A stretch of DNA of 64,000 nucleotides from an uncultured Oscillospiraceae bacterium (GCA_964644305.1 CAZXVA010000002.1:4964-68963); one strand, 5' to 3'. Positions 1 through 8,327 are shown, counted from the first letter of the stretch. Numbers and translations are program-made. The notes: generated from the sequence alone by a model not told the origin.

Positions 1-821
1 TCTGCGACTGTGCGCGAAACGAACGGATAATCAAAGTTTTCGAGGAAATGAAAGCCGAACATGCGCCCCATGCCGATGGCCATATCGGAGTAGCCGCCGA
101 AATCGAAATAGACCTGCAAGGCATACGCCACCGCGCCAAGCCATGCCAAGCCCACGCTGAGGCTTTCGGCGGAGAAGGCGATGTGGACAAGCTCGGCCAA
201 GACGTTGGCCAGCAGCATCTTCTTGGCAAGGCCGGTGAAAAAGCGCAGGCCGCCCTGAACAAAGTCCTCGCGCGTGGCGCGGCGGGACATAATCTCGTCC
301 ATCACGGTGGTATAGCGCACGATGGGGCCGGCGATGAGCTGGGGGAAGAAGGATATGTACAGGCCGAGATAGGCGATGTTATGCTGGGCGGGGATGCCGC
401 GGTAAACGTCGATGATATAGCTCATCGTTTGGAAGGTGAAAAACGAAATGCCTATCGGGAGGGTGATGTAAGTCTTGTGGATAAATGCGCCGGTGGAGGG
501 GGCGATGGAGTGCAGGGTGTTGATGGTGAAATTGAGATATTTGAAGACAAAAAGCAAACCGATATTCATCGCGACGCCGAAGGCGAGATACGCCTTTCTC
601 GCGCGCGTACCCGGTGCATGGCGCTCAAGGCAAAGCGCAATGACATAGCTGAACGCAATTGACCCCATCATCACGAGGACAAAGCGCGGCTCGCCCCACG
701 CATAAAAGAAGAGGCTGGCCAGCAGCAGCCAGTAGTTGCGCGCGCCCTTCGGCAGCGCGTAACACACACCCAAGGTTATCGGGAAAAAGAGGAACAGAAA
801 TTCCATACTCGCAAAAAGCAT
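1..821 (-). CDS. MBOAT-family membrane O-acyltransferase (DltB/AlgI-like), N-terminal part only; the C-terminus lies beyond the window start
   Basis: Absent from the ORF track because it runs off the window. My reverse-strand translation from ATG 821-819 gives MLFASMEFLFLFFPITLGVCYALPKGARNYWLLLASLFFYAWGEPRFVLVMMGS..., a typical MBOAT N-terminus. GGAGAG RBS upstream. The listed + ORF 48..662 is its antisense shadow. Confidence 0.8.
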   Translation of the reverse strand, partial: MLFASMEFLFLFFPITLGVCYALPKGARNYWLLLASLFFYAWGEPRFVLVMMGSIAFSYVIALCLERHAPGTRARKAYLAFGVAMNIGLLFVFKYLNFTINTLHSIAPSTGAFIHKTYITLPIGISFFTFQTMSYIIDVYRGIPAQHNIAYLGLYISFFPQLIAGPIVRYTTVMDEIMSRRATREDFVQGGLRFFTGLAKKMLLANVLAELVHIAFSAESLSVGLAWLGAVAYALQVYFDFGGYSDMAIGMGRMFGFHFLENFDYPFVSRTVA

Positions 822-898
822 AAGAAGTCTCTCCGAAATGACAAATAATAATAGTTAATTATATCGCATCGGGTGCGGAAACACAAGTAAAAGCTGCA

Positions 899-931
899 TA
901 AAAAACTTCCCGACGATTTCTCGCCGGGAAG
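899..931 (-). terminator. Rho-independent terminator (minus strand)
   Basis: Minus strand reads CTTCCCG-gcgagaaatcgt-CGGGAAG followed by TTTTTTAT. Arms are at 925-931 and 906-912, with the T-run at 900-905. Confidence 0.75.
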
Positions 932-1165
932 GCCCCCGCAAATGCCGTGCCGACCCGATTATAACCTGCACGAACGGGCAGGTGGGTCGCCTAAGTTCTG
1001 TTTCGCTGCTTCCAACGTCCGGCGTGAGCCGGGAGGCCTGCAATCCGCAGATTCAAATCGGCATCCCTTATAAGAGATGTGGGTTTAACGGGTCGTAAAG
1101 CTTCAACAAAGCTACACGCACACAGCAGGAGTTTTCTTATCTGGTAAGCTATATGTTCCTTTGAC
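932..1165 (-). ncRNA. Candidate structured RNA (independent sRNA, long structured 3' UTR of the DUF1292 gene, or leader of the MBOAT gene); family unassigned
   Basis: About 235 nt with no credible ORF between the stop at 1171 and the terminator at 899-931. Nested helices pair by eye: 1121-1127 with 943-949, 984-989 with 951-956, hairpins 965-969/978-982 and 1019-1023/1028-1032. Confidence 0.3.
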
Positions 1166-1170
1166 GGAAC

Positions 1171-1455
1171 TTATTCCTCGTCCTCGTCGTCAAAGAGGAG
1201 AACCATGAAGTGCTCATAGACGTCATTAAGCTCGTCCTCATCGTCGATGGACTCGTATATTTCCTCGCCGTTTTCGTCAAGCTGAGAGCGGAGGATTATC
1301 ATGCCGTAGTCCGGGTCGTCCTCCGACATATCCGCCGGGAGAAAGGCCGTGAACGTCCCGCCGTTATAATCCATGGTGTCGAGCACTTCAAGCTCGAACT
1401 CCTGTCCGTCATCGTCAACTATGGTGACAAAATCGCTGCCGAATTCCTCGCTCAT
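1171..1455 (-). CDS. DUF1292 (UPF0473/YrzB-like) small acidic protein
   Basis: 94 aa: MSEEFGSDFVTIVDDDGQEFELEVLDTMDYNG...DDEDEE, the characteristic DUF1292 pattern. GGAGGT RBS upstream. Confidence 0.85.
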   Translation of the reverse strand: MSEEFGSDFVTIVDDDGQEFELEVLDTMDYNGGTFTAFLPADMSEDDPDYGMIILRSQLDENGEEIYESIDDEDELNDVYEHFMVLLFDDEDEE

Positions 1456-1524
1456 ATCATTTACCTCCGGTAAGTTATGCCCTTATTCTAACCCATTGCA
1501 AGAGATAAATCAATAGCCAATTCA

Positions 1525-1866
1525 TCACGACCCCAAATCCTCCAGCAGCTCCAAAAGCTCCTGCCGATCGGAAACGGGTATGCCGCGGGCAATCATGGCG
1601 CGGTCGGCCGAGCGCAGAGACGCCAGCTCAATGGCCGTGACGGCCTCCGGCGCGCGCCCCTTTGCCCCCTTATAAATCGCGACAAAGCCGTCACAGCCCT
1701 TGATGAAATATTCCGCGCCCTCCTCGCGCCCGGCATAGCGGGCGTATATCTCCGCCGGGAGAACGTCGCGCGCGGCGGGGCGCAGGCTCTTCATCGCGCC
1801 GAGCGAGGCGCACAGCGCCCCCGCCGCGAGCACGCCGAGTGCCGCCGCCCTGAGCTTCACGTTCAT
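1525..1866 (-). CDS. Small signal/anchor-bearing protein, possibly BofC-like
   Basis: The ORF track gives 1525..1875. The internal ATG at 1866 sits 6 nt after GAGGTGG. N-terminal hydrophobic segment AAALGVLAAGALCASLG. The C-terminal pattern GCDGFVAIYKG...GIPVSDRQELLELLEDLGS resembles BofC-type domains from memory only. Confidence 0.6.
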   Translation of the reverse strand: MNVKLRAAALGVLAAGALCASLGAMKSLRPAARDVLPAEIYARYAGREEGAEYFIKGCDGFVAIYKGAKGRAPEAVTAIELASLRSADRAMIARGIPVSDRQELLELLEDLGS

Positions 1867-2109
1867 CTTCCCCACCTCGTTGAATGTTTTGTGCAGGTAT
1901 AATTATTTCTCATATTTGGGAAAATATACACATTGGTCAAGCGGTGAAAACGCGAAAAGAAAATTTACATTTGCTCTACCGCTTGTTGACAATGTGTGCT
2001 ATAATGTCAATTTAGTATAATAAGTGTTACTATGCCCAAGCCGCATTACGGCTTGGTGGTTTCCCGCGGCGGCAGAGCACCGCCGGGGCATGGAGGTGTC
2101 CGCCGGACA

Positions 2110-4443
2110 ATGAACAACAACGACAAAAAAAGCAGCACCGGGCGCATCCGCAGCGGAAGCACCGGGCGCGTAAACGCCGACGGCGGCGCGCCGCGCCAGA
2201 GCGAGCGCACCGAACGCACCGGCAATATCAACCCCAAAACCGAGGCAGGACGCAAGGCAAAGCCGGACAAAAAGCCCATTGCACTGCGCGCGGCCGACGT
2301 GACGGTTGAGCTTGTAAGCTCGGCGATGAGCGGGGTGTTGAAAACGGTGGGCACGATTTTGCTGATATTCGCGATAACGGGCATGCTGTTTGCCTGCGTG
2401 TTCGCCTACTACGTCAAAACCTGCCTGACGCCGAACCTCGACCTGTCGCTGGAGGACTTCAAGCTGAACCAGTCGAGCACGATATATTATCAGGACGCGG
2501 GCGGCGAGTGGCGCGAGCTGGGGCTTTTAAGCGGCAAGGAAAACCGCGTTTGGGTCGACTATGCCGACATTCCGTGGTATATGGAAAAGGCCGTCGTCGC
2601 CATTGAGGATAAGCGCTTTTACGACCACAAGGGCGTGGACTGGTACCGCACGTCGGGCGCGTTCATAAAAATGTTCGCCACCATGCAAAACAGCTACGGC
2701 GGCTCGACAATCACCCAGCAGCTCATCAAAAACCTGACCGGTCAGGATCAGGTGACGGTTCAGCGCAAGCTGACCGAGATTTTCGGCGCGCTGGAGCTTG
2801 AAAAGCGCTATGACAAGCAGGAGATAATAGAATGGTATCTCAACGCGGTGTATTTCGGCGAGGGCTGCTGGGGCGTGCAGACGGCGGCGCAGACCTATTT
2901 CGGCAAGGACGTGAAGGATCTTTCGCTGGCTCAATGCGCCTCGATAGTCGGCATCACGAACATGCCGACGTATTATGACCCCTTCTACAACGAGCAGAAC
3001 AACAAAGAGCGTCAGGAGACCATACTGCGCGAAATGTACGAGCAGGGCTACATCGACTACGACACGTACAAAGACGCCGTGGCCGAGGAGCTGGTGTTCA
3101 TCCACAGCGCAGAGCAGGAGAGCACCCAGCGCGTATACAGCTATTACGAAGAGGTCGTGATAAGCGACGTCATCCGTGATTTGATGGATCGCAAGGGCAT
3201 AAGCCGCGAGACAGCGCAGCACCTTGTGTATAACGGCGGGTACAAAATCTATTGCTGTCTGGACGTGAGCGTGCAGTGGGCAATTGACGCGGTGTACACC
3301 GACCTGACGGCCATACCGCGCACGGGCGGCAATTCACAGCTTCAAAGCGCCATCGTGGTGATGAACCCGTATGACGGGCGCATACTCGGCCTGTCGGGCG
3401 GCGTGGGCGTGAAAGACACGAATTTCCCGCTCAACCGCGCAACGGGAACTTTTCGCTCTCCCGGTTCGTCTATTAAACCGTTGGCGTCCTACGGCCCGGC
3501 GGTGGACACGGGGCTGATCACCCCCACAACGCTTGTCAACGACCAAGCCGGAATGCACCTGAGCGGCACGGACTGGTTCCCCGCGAACGACAGCAACATC
3601 TATTACGGCGTGGTCACGATTTATCAGGCGCTGCAATACTCGCTCAACACCGTCGCGGCGCAGATTGTGGATAAGCTGTCCCCGCAGACGTCGTATAATT
3701 ATCTCACGACGAAGCTGGGCTTCACAAGCCTTGTGCCGGCGGATGCAAACTACGCCCCCATGGCGCTCGGCCAGCTGACAAACGGCGTGACCGTGCGCGA
3801 AATGGCGCAGGCCTATTGCGCGTTCGTCAACGACGGCATATTCACCTACGGCCGCACCTATTCCCTCGTCACGGACTTTGACGGCAACACCGTCATCGAC
3901 AATTCACCCACCAGCATCTCCGCCTTCAAGCCCAACACGGCCTACACCATGACCTATATGATGCAAAACGCCGTTGAAAACGGCACGGGCAAGGAGGCGC
4001 GGCTGTACAGCGTGCCCGTGGCGGGCAAGACCGGCACTTCGGGCGATTATAAGGACCGCTGGTTCTGCGGCGTGACGCCGTACTACGTCGCCGCGGTGTG
4101 GACCGGCTTTGACACCCCCGCGACCATCAACGTGTCCGGCAACCCGGCGGCTCAGCTTTGGAAAAAGGTGATGCAGCCGCTGCATGACGGCGTGGAGTAC
4201 AGATCCTTCACCTATCCCTATATCGGCGAAAACACCGGGATTTTCGGCATTCAGGACACGCTTTACCCCTCTGACGATTTCGGCGACGGTATCGGCTGGG
4301 GCACGGACGACAACACGTCCATCGCCGACCAGTGGATGACCGACAACGGCTGGGGCAACGACAACTCCACCACCGACTGGGGCAACACCGGCACTGACGA
4401 CTGGGGCGGCATCGGCTGGGGCGGCACAACCTATCTCGGCTGA
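2110..4443 (+). CDS. Class A (PBP1A-type) penicillin-binding protein: GT51 transglycosylase plus transpeptidase
   Basis: GT51 motifs AIEDKRFYDHKGVD, GGSTITQQLIKN and RKLTEIFGALELEKRY. Transpeptidase motifs SPGSSIKP (SxxK), YSLN (SxN) and KTGTS (KTG). The longest ORF starts at 2032; I prefer ATG 2110 (MNNNDKK, GGAGG 13 nt upstream) because an extended -10 TGCTATAAT near 2000 leaves no RBS for 2032. Confidence 0.9.
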   Translation: MNNNDKKSSTGRIRSGSTGRVNADGGAPRQSERTERTGNINPKTEAGRKAKPDKKPIALRAADVTVELVSSAMSGVLKTVGTILLIFAITGMLFACVFAYYVKTCLTPNLDLSLEDFKLNQSSTIYYQDAGGEWRELGLLSGKENRVWVDYADIPWYMEKAVVAIEDKRFYDHKGVDWYRTSGAFIKMFATMQNSYGGSTITQQLIKNLTGQDQVTVQRKLTEIFGALELEKRYDKQEIIEWYLNAVYFGEGCWGVQTAAQTYFGKDVKDLSLAQCASIVGITNMPTYYDPFYNEQNNKERQETILREMYEQGYIDYDTYKDAVAEELVFIHSAEQESTQRVYSYYEEVVISDVIRDLMDRKGISRETAQHLVYNGGYKIYCCLDVSVQWAIDAVYTDLTAIPRTGGNSQLQSAIVVMNPYDGRILGLSGGVGVKDTNFPLNRATGTFRSPGSSIKPLASYGPAVDTGLITPTTLVNDQAGMHLSGTDWFPANDSNIYYGVVTIYQALQYSLNTVAAQIVDKLSPQTSYNYLTTKLGFTSLVPADANYAPMALGQLTNGVTVREMAQAYCAFVNDGIFTYGRTYSLVTDFDGNTVIDNSPTSISAFKPNTAYTMTYMMQNAVENGTGKEARLYSVPVAGKTGTSGDYKDRWFCGVTPYYVAAVWTGFDTPATINVSGNPAAQLWKKVMQPLHDGVEYRSFTYPYIGENTGIFGIQDTLYPSDDFGDGIGWGTDDNTSIADQWMTDNGWGNDNSTTDWGNTGTDDWGGIGWGGTTYLG

Positions 4444-4481
4444 TTTGACGCCGTTTCGGCGGCCTGTCCAAGTTTTTCTTG

Positions 4482-4510
4482 TTGACATTTCCATTGCATT
4501 GCGTTACAAT
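4482..4510 (+). promoter_or_regulatory. Sigma-A type promoter
   Basis: TTGACA (4482-4487), exactly 17 nt, then TACAAT (4505-4510), upstream of the 4538 ORF. Confidence 0.65.
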
Positions 4511-4537
4511 TTGATTACAATACTGGAGGTTCGTATT

Positions 4538-4819
4538 ATGGCAAAGACATTGGAGTACAAGGGGCATCCCCTCCAAAGAAAAGACAGCATCATCTACTAC
4601 GGCAGCTTTGCGGACAAATATATCGTCATGCTGCAAATTCTCGAATCGAAAAAGGTCAATGACCTTGACGTGCCGACGAAGGTGTCCGTCCAGCTTCAGC
4701 TGACCGACCCGTCGATAAAGTCGAGAGACCGCGTGGTCAAAAAGAGCGAGAAGGACAGCCTTTATCTCGCCATTGACGTCGCCGCCGTGTGGCTTGAGCG
4801 CGCACTTTCCTCCAGATAA
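4538..4819 (+). CDS. Hypothetical 93-aa protein
   Basis: In-frame ATG at 4538 is preceded by GGAGG (4525-4529); the track ORF begins at 4445. MAKTLEYKGHPLQRKDSIIYYGSFADKYIVMLQILES... No family recognised. Confidence 0.6.
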   Translation: MAKTLEYKGHPLQRKDSIIYYGSFADKYIVMLQILESKKVNDLDVPTKVSVQLQLTDPSIKSRDRVVKKSEKDSLYLAIDVAAVWLERALSSR

Positions 4820-4882
4820 GTCTGACACACCGCGGCTCATGCCGCCGCTGACAGACTAATAAAGACAAAGGATCTGTTTCAA

Positions 4883-6703
4883 ATGCGCAACAAATTGATA
4901 AGAACGCTGGCAGCCTCGCTTGCGATAAGCACGATGCTCGTCGTTCCGGCTTACGCCGAGACGGCGGTCGTCACGGGCAACAGCGTCAACATGCGCGCAG
5001 GCCCCGGCACATTTTATTATGTCGTGACGACCCTGACGCGCAACACCCCCGTCACCGTGACCGACCGCTCAAACGGCAGCTGGTACGCGGTGGAGGTCGG
5101 CGGGCAGACGGGCTTTGTCGCCTCGTCATATCTGAGTCTGGACTCCAACGGCGCGTCCTCCGCGCCCGTGTTCACGCCCGACTTCGTCCCCGCCGACACC
5201 GCCGCCCCCGCGCCGGACAATTCCGAGCTTTCCTTCACCCCCGCCGCCGAGGGCACGGGCGCTTACATCAATGCGATGTATGTGCGCTTTCGTTCCGGCC
5301 CCGGCTCCGATTACTCTGTGCTGGGTGAATATAACCGCGGCAAGGCCGTGACGACGATCGGTTCGGGCGACGGCTGGACGGCGTGCTTGATCGACGGCCA
5401 GCTTGGGTATGTTTACTCGCAGTATATCACCGCCGGCTCTGCCCCGACGCAGAACACCGGCTCTGCCTCCGGCAATGTGAGCCAAATTGAATTCACCCCG
5501 GCGGCAACACCGAGCTTTGCGATTCCCCAGCCGGATGAGGGCGCACTCGCCCCGGATCTCACGTTCACCCCCGCCGCGACGGTGACGCCCACCGCAACCG
5601 CAGCGCCCGCGCCCGTTCTGCCCAGCCCGAACGCAACCGAGACTCCGGCTTCCACCCCCGCACCCACCGCAACGCCCGCCCCGGTGCAGACCCCGGCGGC
5701 CACAAGCGGCAAGGGCGGCTACATAAACGGCACGTATGTGCGCTTCCGCTCAGGTCCGGGCACAAATCATTCGATTCTCGGCACTTATCACACGGGCAAG
5801 GCCGTCAGCGTGACCGCCGACGCCGGCAACGGCTGGTATCAATGCGTCATCGACGGCGTGACGGGCTATGTCTGCGCAAGCTATGTCCTCGTCATTGATC
5901 AGGCCAGCTTCGGCGGCATCAGCGTGGGCGAAGGTTCGGGCGCGTCCGGCACGATAACCGGCACGGCGCAGTCCCCCGCCGACACCCCGCAAGCCACCGC
6001 CGCGCCGGAGGCCACACCGACCCCGACGCCCGCGCCCACTCCCACCCCGGTGCAGACCACCGAGGCGTATATCTCCGGCAACAACGTGCGCTTCCGCTCT
6101 GCCCCGTCCATGACGGCGGCGGTGCTGGGTGAGTTCTTCTACGGCAACCCCGTCAAGCTCATCTCCGAAGAAAACGGCTGGGCGCAGGTCATCGCCGAAA
6201 ACGGCCAACAGGGCTATGTTTACGCATGCTATGTCCGCGAGGGTCGCTATTCCGTCGGCGGTGAAACCGCCGCAGGCAACACCGGCAGCGCCTCCCAGGG
6301 CGGCAACGCGGCGCAAGCGCCGTCCTCCTCCGCCACGGGGCAGGACATCGCAAACTACGCCTGTCAGTTCGTCGGGTATAATTATCAATGGGGCGGCACC
6401 TCCCCCGCCACGGGCTTTGACTGTTCGGGCTTGGTGCAGTATGTGTACAAGCAGTTCGGCTATTCACTCAACCGTGTGGCCGCCGATCAGGCCAAAAACG
6501 GCCGCCATGTGGACCCGTCCGAGCTTGTGCCCGGTGACCTGCTGTGCTTCTATTCCGGCAGCAGCTACATCGGCCACGTCGGCATTTACATCGGCAACGG
6601 GCAGTTTGTCCACGCTTCCAACTCCACCACCGGCGTCATCATTTCCAGCCTCGGCGGCTATTACGTCTCCCGTGGCTACGAAGCCCGGCGCATAATCGGG
6701 TGA
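4883..6703 (+). CDS. Secreted cell-wall hydrolase: four SH3b-like domains joined by Pro/Thr/Ala linkers plus a C-terminal NlpC/P60 endopeptidase domain
   Basis: Signal peptide MRNKLIRTLAASLAISTMLVVPAYA. Repeated V(R/N)(F/M)R(S/A)GPG...G(Y/F)V SH3b pattern, four copies. NlpC/P60 motifs GFDCSGLVQYVY and GHVGIYIGNGQFVHAS. Confidence 0.9.
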   Translation: MRNKLIRTLAASLAISTMLVVPAYAETAVVTGNSVNMRAGPGTFYYVVTTLTRNTPVTVTDRSNGSWYAVEVGGQTGFVASSYLSLDSNGASSAPVFTPDFVPADTAAPAPDNSELSFTPAAEGTGAYINAMYVRFRSGPGSDYSVLGEYNRGKAVTTIGSGDGWTACLIDGQLGYVYSQYITAGSAPTQNTGSASGNVSQIEFTPAATPSFAIPQPDEGALAPDLTFTPAATVTPTATAAPAPVLPSPNATETPASTPAPTATPAPVQTPAATSGKGGYINGTYVRFRSGPGTNHSILGTYHTGKAVSVTADAGNGWYQCVIDGVTGYVCASYVLVIDQASFGGISVGEGSGASGTITGTAQSPADTPQATAAPEATPTPTPAPTPTPVQTTEAYISGNNVRFRSAPSMTAAVLGEFFYGNPVKLISEENGWAQVIAENGQQGYVYACYVREGRYSVGGETAAGNTGSASQGGNAAQAPSSSATGQDIANYACQFVGYNYQWGGTSPATGFDCSGLVQYVYKQFGYSLNRVAADQAKNGRHVDPSELVPGDLLCFYSGSSYIGHVGIYIGNGQFVHASNSTTGVIISSLGGYYVSRGYEARRIIG

Positions 6704-6721
6704 AACCGAATAAAGCAAGAA

Positions 6722-6759
6722 CCGGGCGTGTGCCGCAAGGCCACGCCCGGTGTGTTTTG
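6722..6759 (+). terminator. Rho-independent terminator of the hydrolase gene
   Basis: CCGGGCGTG (6722-6730) pairs with CACGCCCGG (6742-6750), followed by TGTGTTTTGT. Confidence 0.75.
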
Positions 6760-6768
6760 TGGGTATAT

Positions 6769-6804
6769 GTCGCGAAACCTCGTCTAAAGACGAGGTTTCG
6801 CGAC
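6769..6804. terminator. Perfect 16-bp hairpin between convergent genes
   Basis: GTCGCGAAACCTCGTC-taaa-GACGAGGTTTCGCGAC. No clear U-tract on either strand; it lies 15 nt downstream of the minus-strand stop at 6820. Confidence 0.5.
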
Positions 6805-6819
6805 TGTGAAAGGGTTAAA

Positions 6820-7212
6820 TCAGAAGGTGTGCACTTCCGGCTCGGATGTGAAGGAGCAGAACGTGGCGACGGCGTTTTTGAAATAGAGGACTTGAGTGTT
6901 GTCGTCGTTCTCGTCGTACATGGCGCGGAGATTGGTGTAATCGTCGAGCATGGACTTTTTGGCCTCGACGCGATCATCCTCGACCAGCTCGCCGCTCAGA
7001 CGCAACCATGTGCCGTCCTTGAACGCGCAAATCTCGCACTTGGGGTTGGCCGCGAGCTGACGCGAAACGGACTTGGCCTTGCCGGTTTGAATATAGAGCT
7101 TGCCGTCGAAAATGTGGGCAGTGCCAAACGGGCGGACGCGCGGCCGGTCGCCCTCGACCGTGGCCAAAAAATAAGTCTCGGCGGATTTGAGAAATTCGCA
7201 TACCTTTTCCAT
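6820..7212 (-). CDS. Pyridoxamine 5'-phosphate oxidase-family (FMN-binding split-barrel) protein
   Basis: MEKVCEFLKSAETYFLATVEGDRPRVRPFGT...KLYIQTGKAKSVSRQL is the typical PNPOx-like pattern. ATG 7212 is preceded by GGAGGT; the track ORF extends to 7275. Confidence 0.8.
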   Translation of the reverse strand: MEKVCEFLKSAETYFLATVEGDRPRVRPFGTAHIFDGKLYIQTGKAKSVSRQLAANPKCEICAFKDGTWLRLSGELVEDDRVEAKKSMLDDYTNLRAMYDENDDNTQVLYFKNAVATFCSFTSEPEVHTF

Positions 7213-7352
7213 GGTTAATACCTCCGTTGAGTTTATTGCTTTTGCGGCATCGGTTGAAATTATAGTACCACACAAACGCCGCGCTTGTAAAGTGCATGCC
7301 GCGCGTGTCGCACGTTGTCACGGTGCGTCGGCAAAAAATATTTATTTAGGGG

Positions 7353-7381
7353 TTGACTAGGTGAGCGCGTTGTGCTATTAT
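7353..7381 (+). promoter_or_regulatory. Sigma-A promoter of the tRNA gene
   Basis: TTGACT (7353-7358), 17 nt, then TATTAT (7376-7381) with an extended -10 TG (TGCTATTAT). Confidence 0.7.
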
Positions 7382-7410
7382 ATATGAGCTAAAGAAAAGC
7401 AAGTGAATAT

Positions 7411-7486
<76 letters not shown>

Positions 7487-7490
7487 CTAA

Positions 7491-7524
7491 AACCACCGTT
7501 TCGGTATGCGAAACGGTGGTTTTC
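7491..7524 (+). terminator. Rho-independent terminator after the tRNA
   Basis: AACCACCGTTTCG (7491-7503) pairs with CGAAACGGTGGTT (7509-7521), followed by TTTTC. Confidence 0.8.
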
Positions 7525-7716
7525 TCGTGCTTTTTCATACATTTCAGCATTTGACGGGTGGGGACAATTCAGCTTCAATTCAACTCATCTAATAATTCAG
7601 GCTTTTTCAATGATGTCTTTGATTGACGAGGTAGACAACAGTCGAAAGAGCGTCCCCACCGTGCGTTCTGCGCGTCTTGATAAGTACACGGCAAAATATT
7701 TGAAAAAATGATTATC

Positions 7717-7742
7717 AGGGGCTGTAATGCCCCCTCTTTTTT
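7717..7742 (+). terminator. Rho-independent terminator of an orphan short transcript
   Basis: GGGGC-tgtaat-GCCCC followed by CTCTTTTTT. Confidence 0.6.
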
Positions 7743-7819
7743 ATTCCCGAATATAGCAAAGCCCCGCGCGGAGGTGCGCAGGGGCGGCGGGGGCGTTCGC
7801 TCAATATATTCACAAAGCC

Positions 7820-7851
7820 AAAAAATGAGGGCGGGAACAAGCCTCACCCTC
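7820..7851 (-). terminator. Rho-independent terminator of the TA operon
   Basis: Minus strand reads GAGGGTG-aggcttgttcc-CGCCCTC followed by ATTTTTTGG, 11 nt after the toxin stop. Confidence 0.7.
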
Positions 7852-7861
7852 AACCAAGACG

Positions 7862-8118
7862 TTAGTATTTGTTGTATATCTCTCCACGGTTTCCGGCGTC
7901 AATAACGCACACTATAAGCTCACCGTGATTGACAGTGTATATAATGCGATATGCGCCGACACGCAAGCGCATTAAATTAAATCATCATGGACGCGCAGTC
8001 GCTTTATATCCTCTCCGTTTGGCAAAAGCTCAATAGCCGCAATAATGCGCTTGCGTTCGTTTGCCGGGAGACGGTCAATGAACTTTTTCGCGGGCTTCTT
8101 GATGATGATTTTATACAT
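7862..8118 (-). pseudogene. RelE/ParE-family toxin gene disrupted by a 5-bp tandem duplication
   Basis: My translation gives MYKIIIKKPAKKFIDRLPANERKRIIAAIELLPNGEDIKRLRVHDDLI then a stop. The remainder, MRLRVGAYRIIYTVNHGELIVCVIDAGNRGEIYNKY, continues in another frame. The plus strand at 7971-7980 reads ATTAAATTAA (ATTAA twice); removing one copy restores a single 83-codon frame. The span is 257 nt, which is not a multiple of 3. Confidence 0.8.
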
Positions 8119-8327
8119 CAATCAATCCCCCATTCTGCTTTACAGGCTTCAAGGGTATACTCTTCGTCTTTTTCAGGGTCGTTCAAATAATTCTGATACA
8201 TACGTTCGCAAAAAGCGTTGTCGGCTTCTTCATCAGCGGCCACACCCTGCACATACGCCAACACATAGCCGATTTTATAATCCGGTATCTGGTCTAACAG
8301 GCTGATTATGCGTTCTTTGTTGCTCAT
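8118..8327 (-). CDS. Putative antitoxin of the RelE/ParE module
   Basis: 69-aa acidic protein with an AAGGGGG RBS. Its TGA overlaps the toxin ATG (TGATG, 1-nt overlap), the classic TA coupling. Family not recognised. Confidence 0.6.
   Translation of the reverse strand: MSNKERIISLLDQIPDYKIGYVLAYVQGVAADEEADNAFCERMYQNYLNDPEKDEEYTLEACKAEWGID

Noticed and set aside
48-662. Plus-strand 204-aa ORF at the window start.
   Set aside because: It is antisense to the clearly recognisable MBOAT gene (minus strand, 1..821) and has no RBS and no motifs.
855-1043. 62-aa minus-strand ORF in the 822-1170 gap.
   Set aside because: It has Arg/Pro/Ser-rich junk composition, spans the intrinsic terminator hairpin and overlaps the structured RNA candidate.
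932-1165. Calling the structured region an SRP RNA (GGAAGCAGC helix-8 string) or a cobalamin riboswitch (ACCUGCC plus GGGA..GAAUC).
   Set aside because: The 9-mer is expected by chance about 0.5 times in 128 kb of two-strand sequence, and the pairing partner and tetraloop expected for helix 8 are not evident. The B12-box resemblance is partial, and an MBOAT gene is not a typical cobalamin-regulated target. I left the family unassigned pending a covariance-model search.
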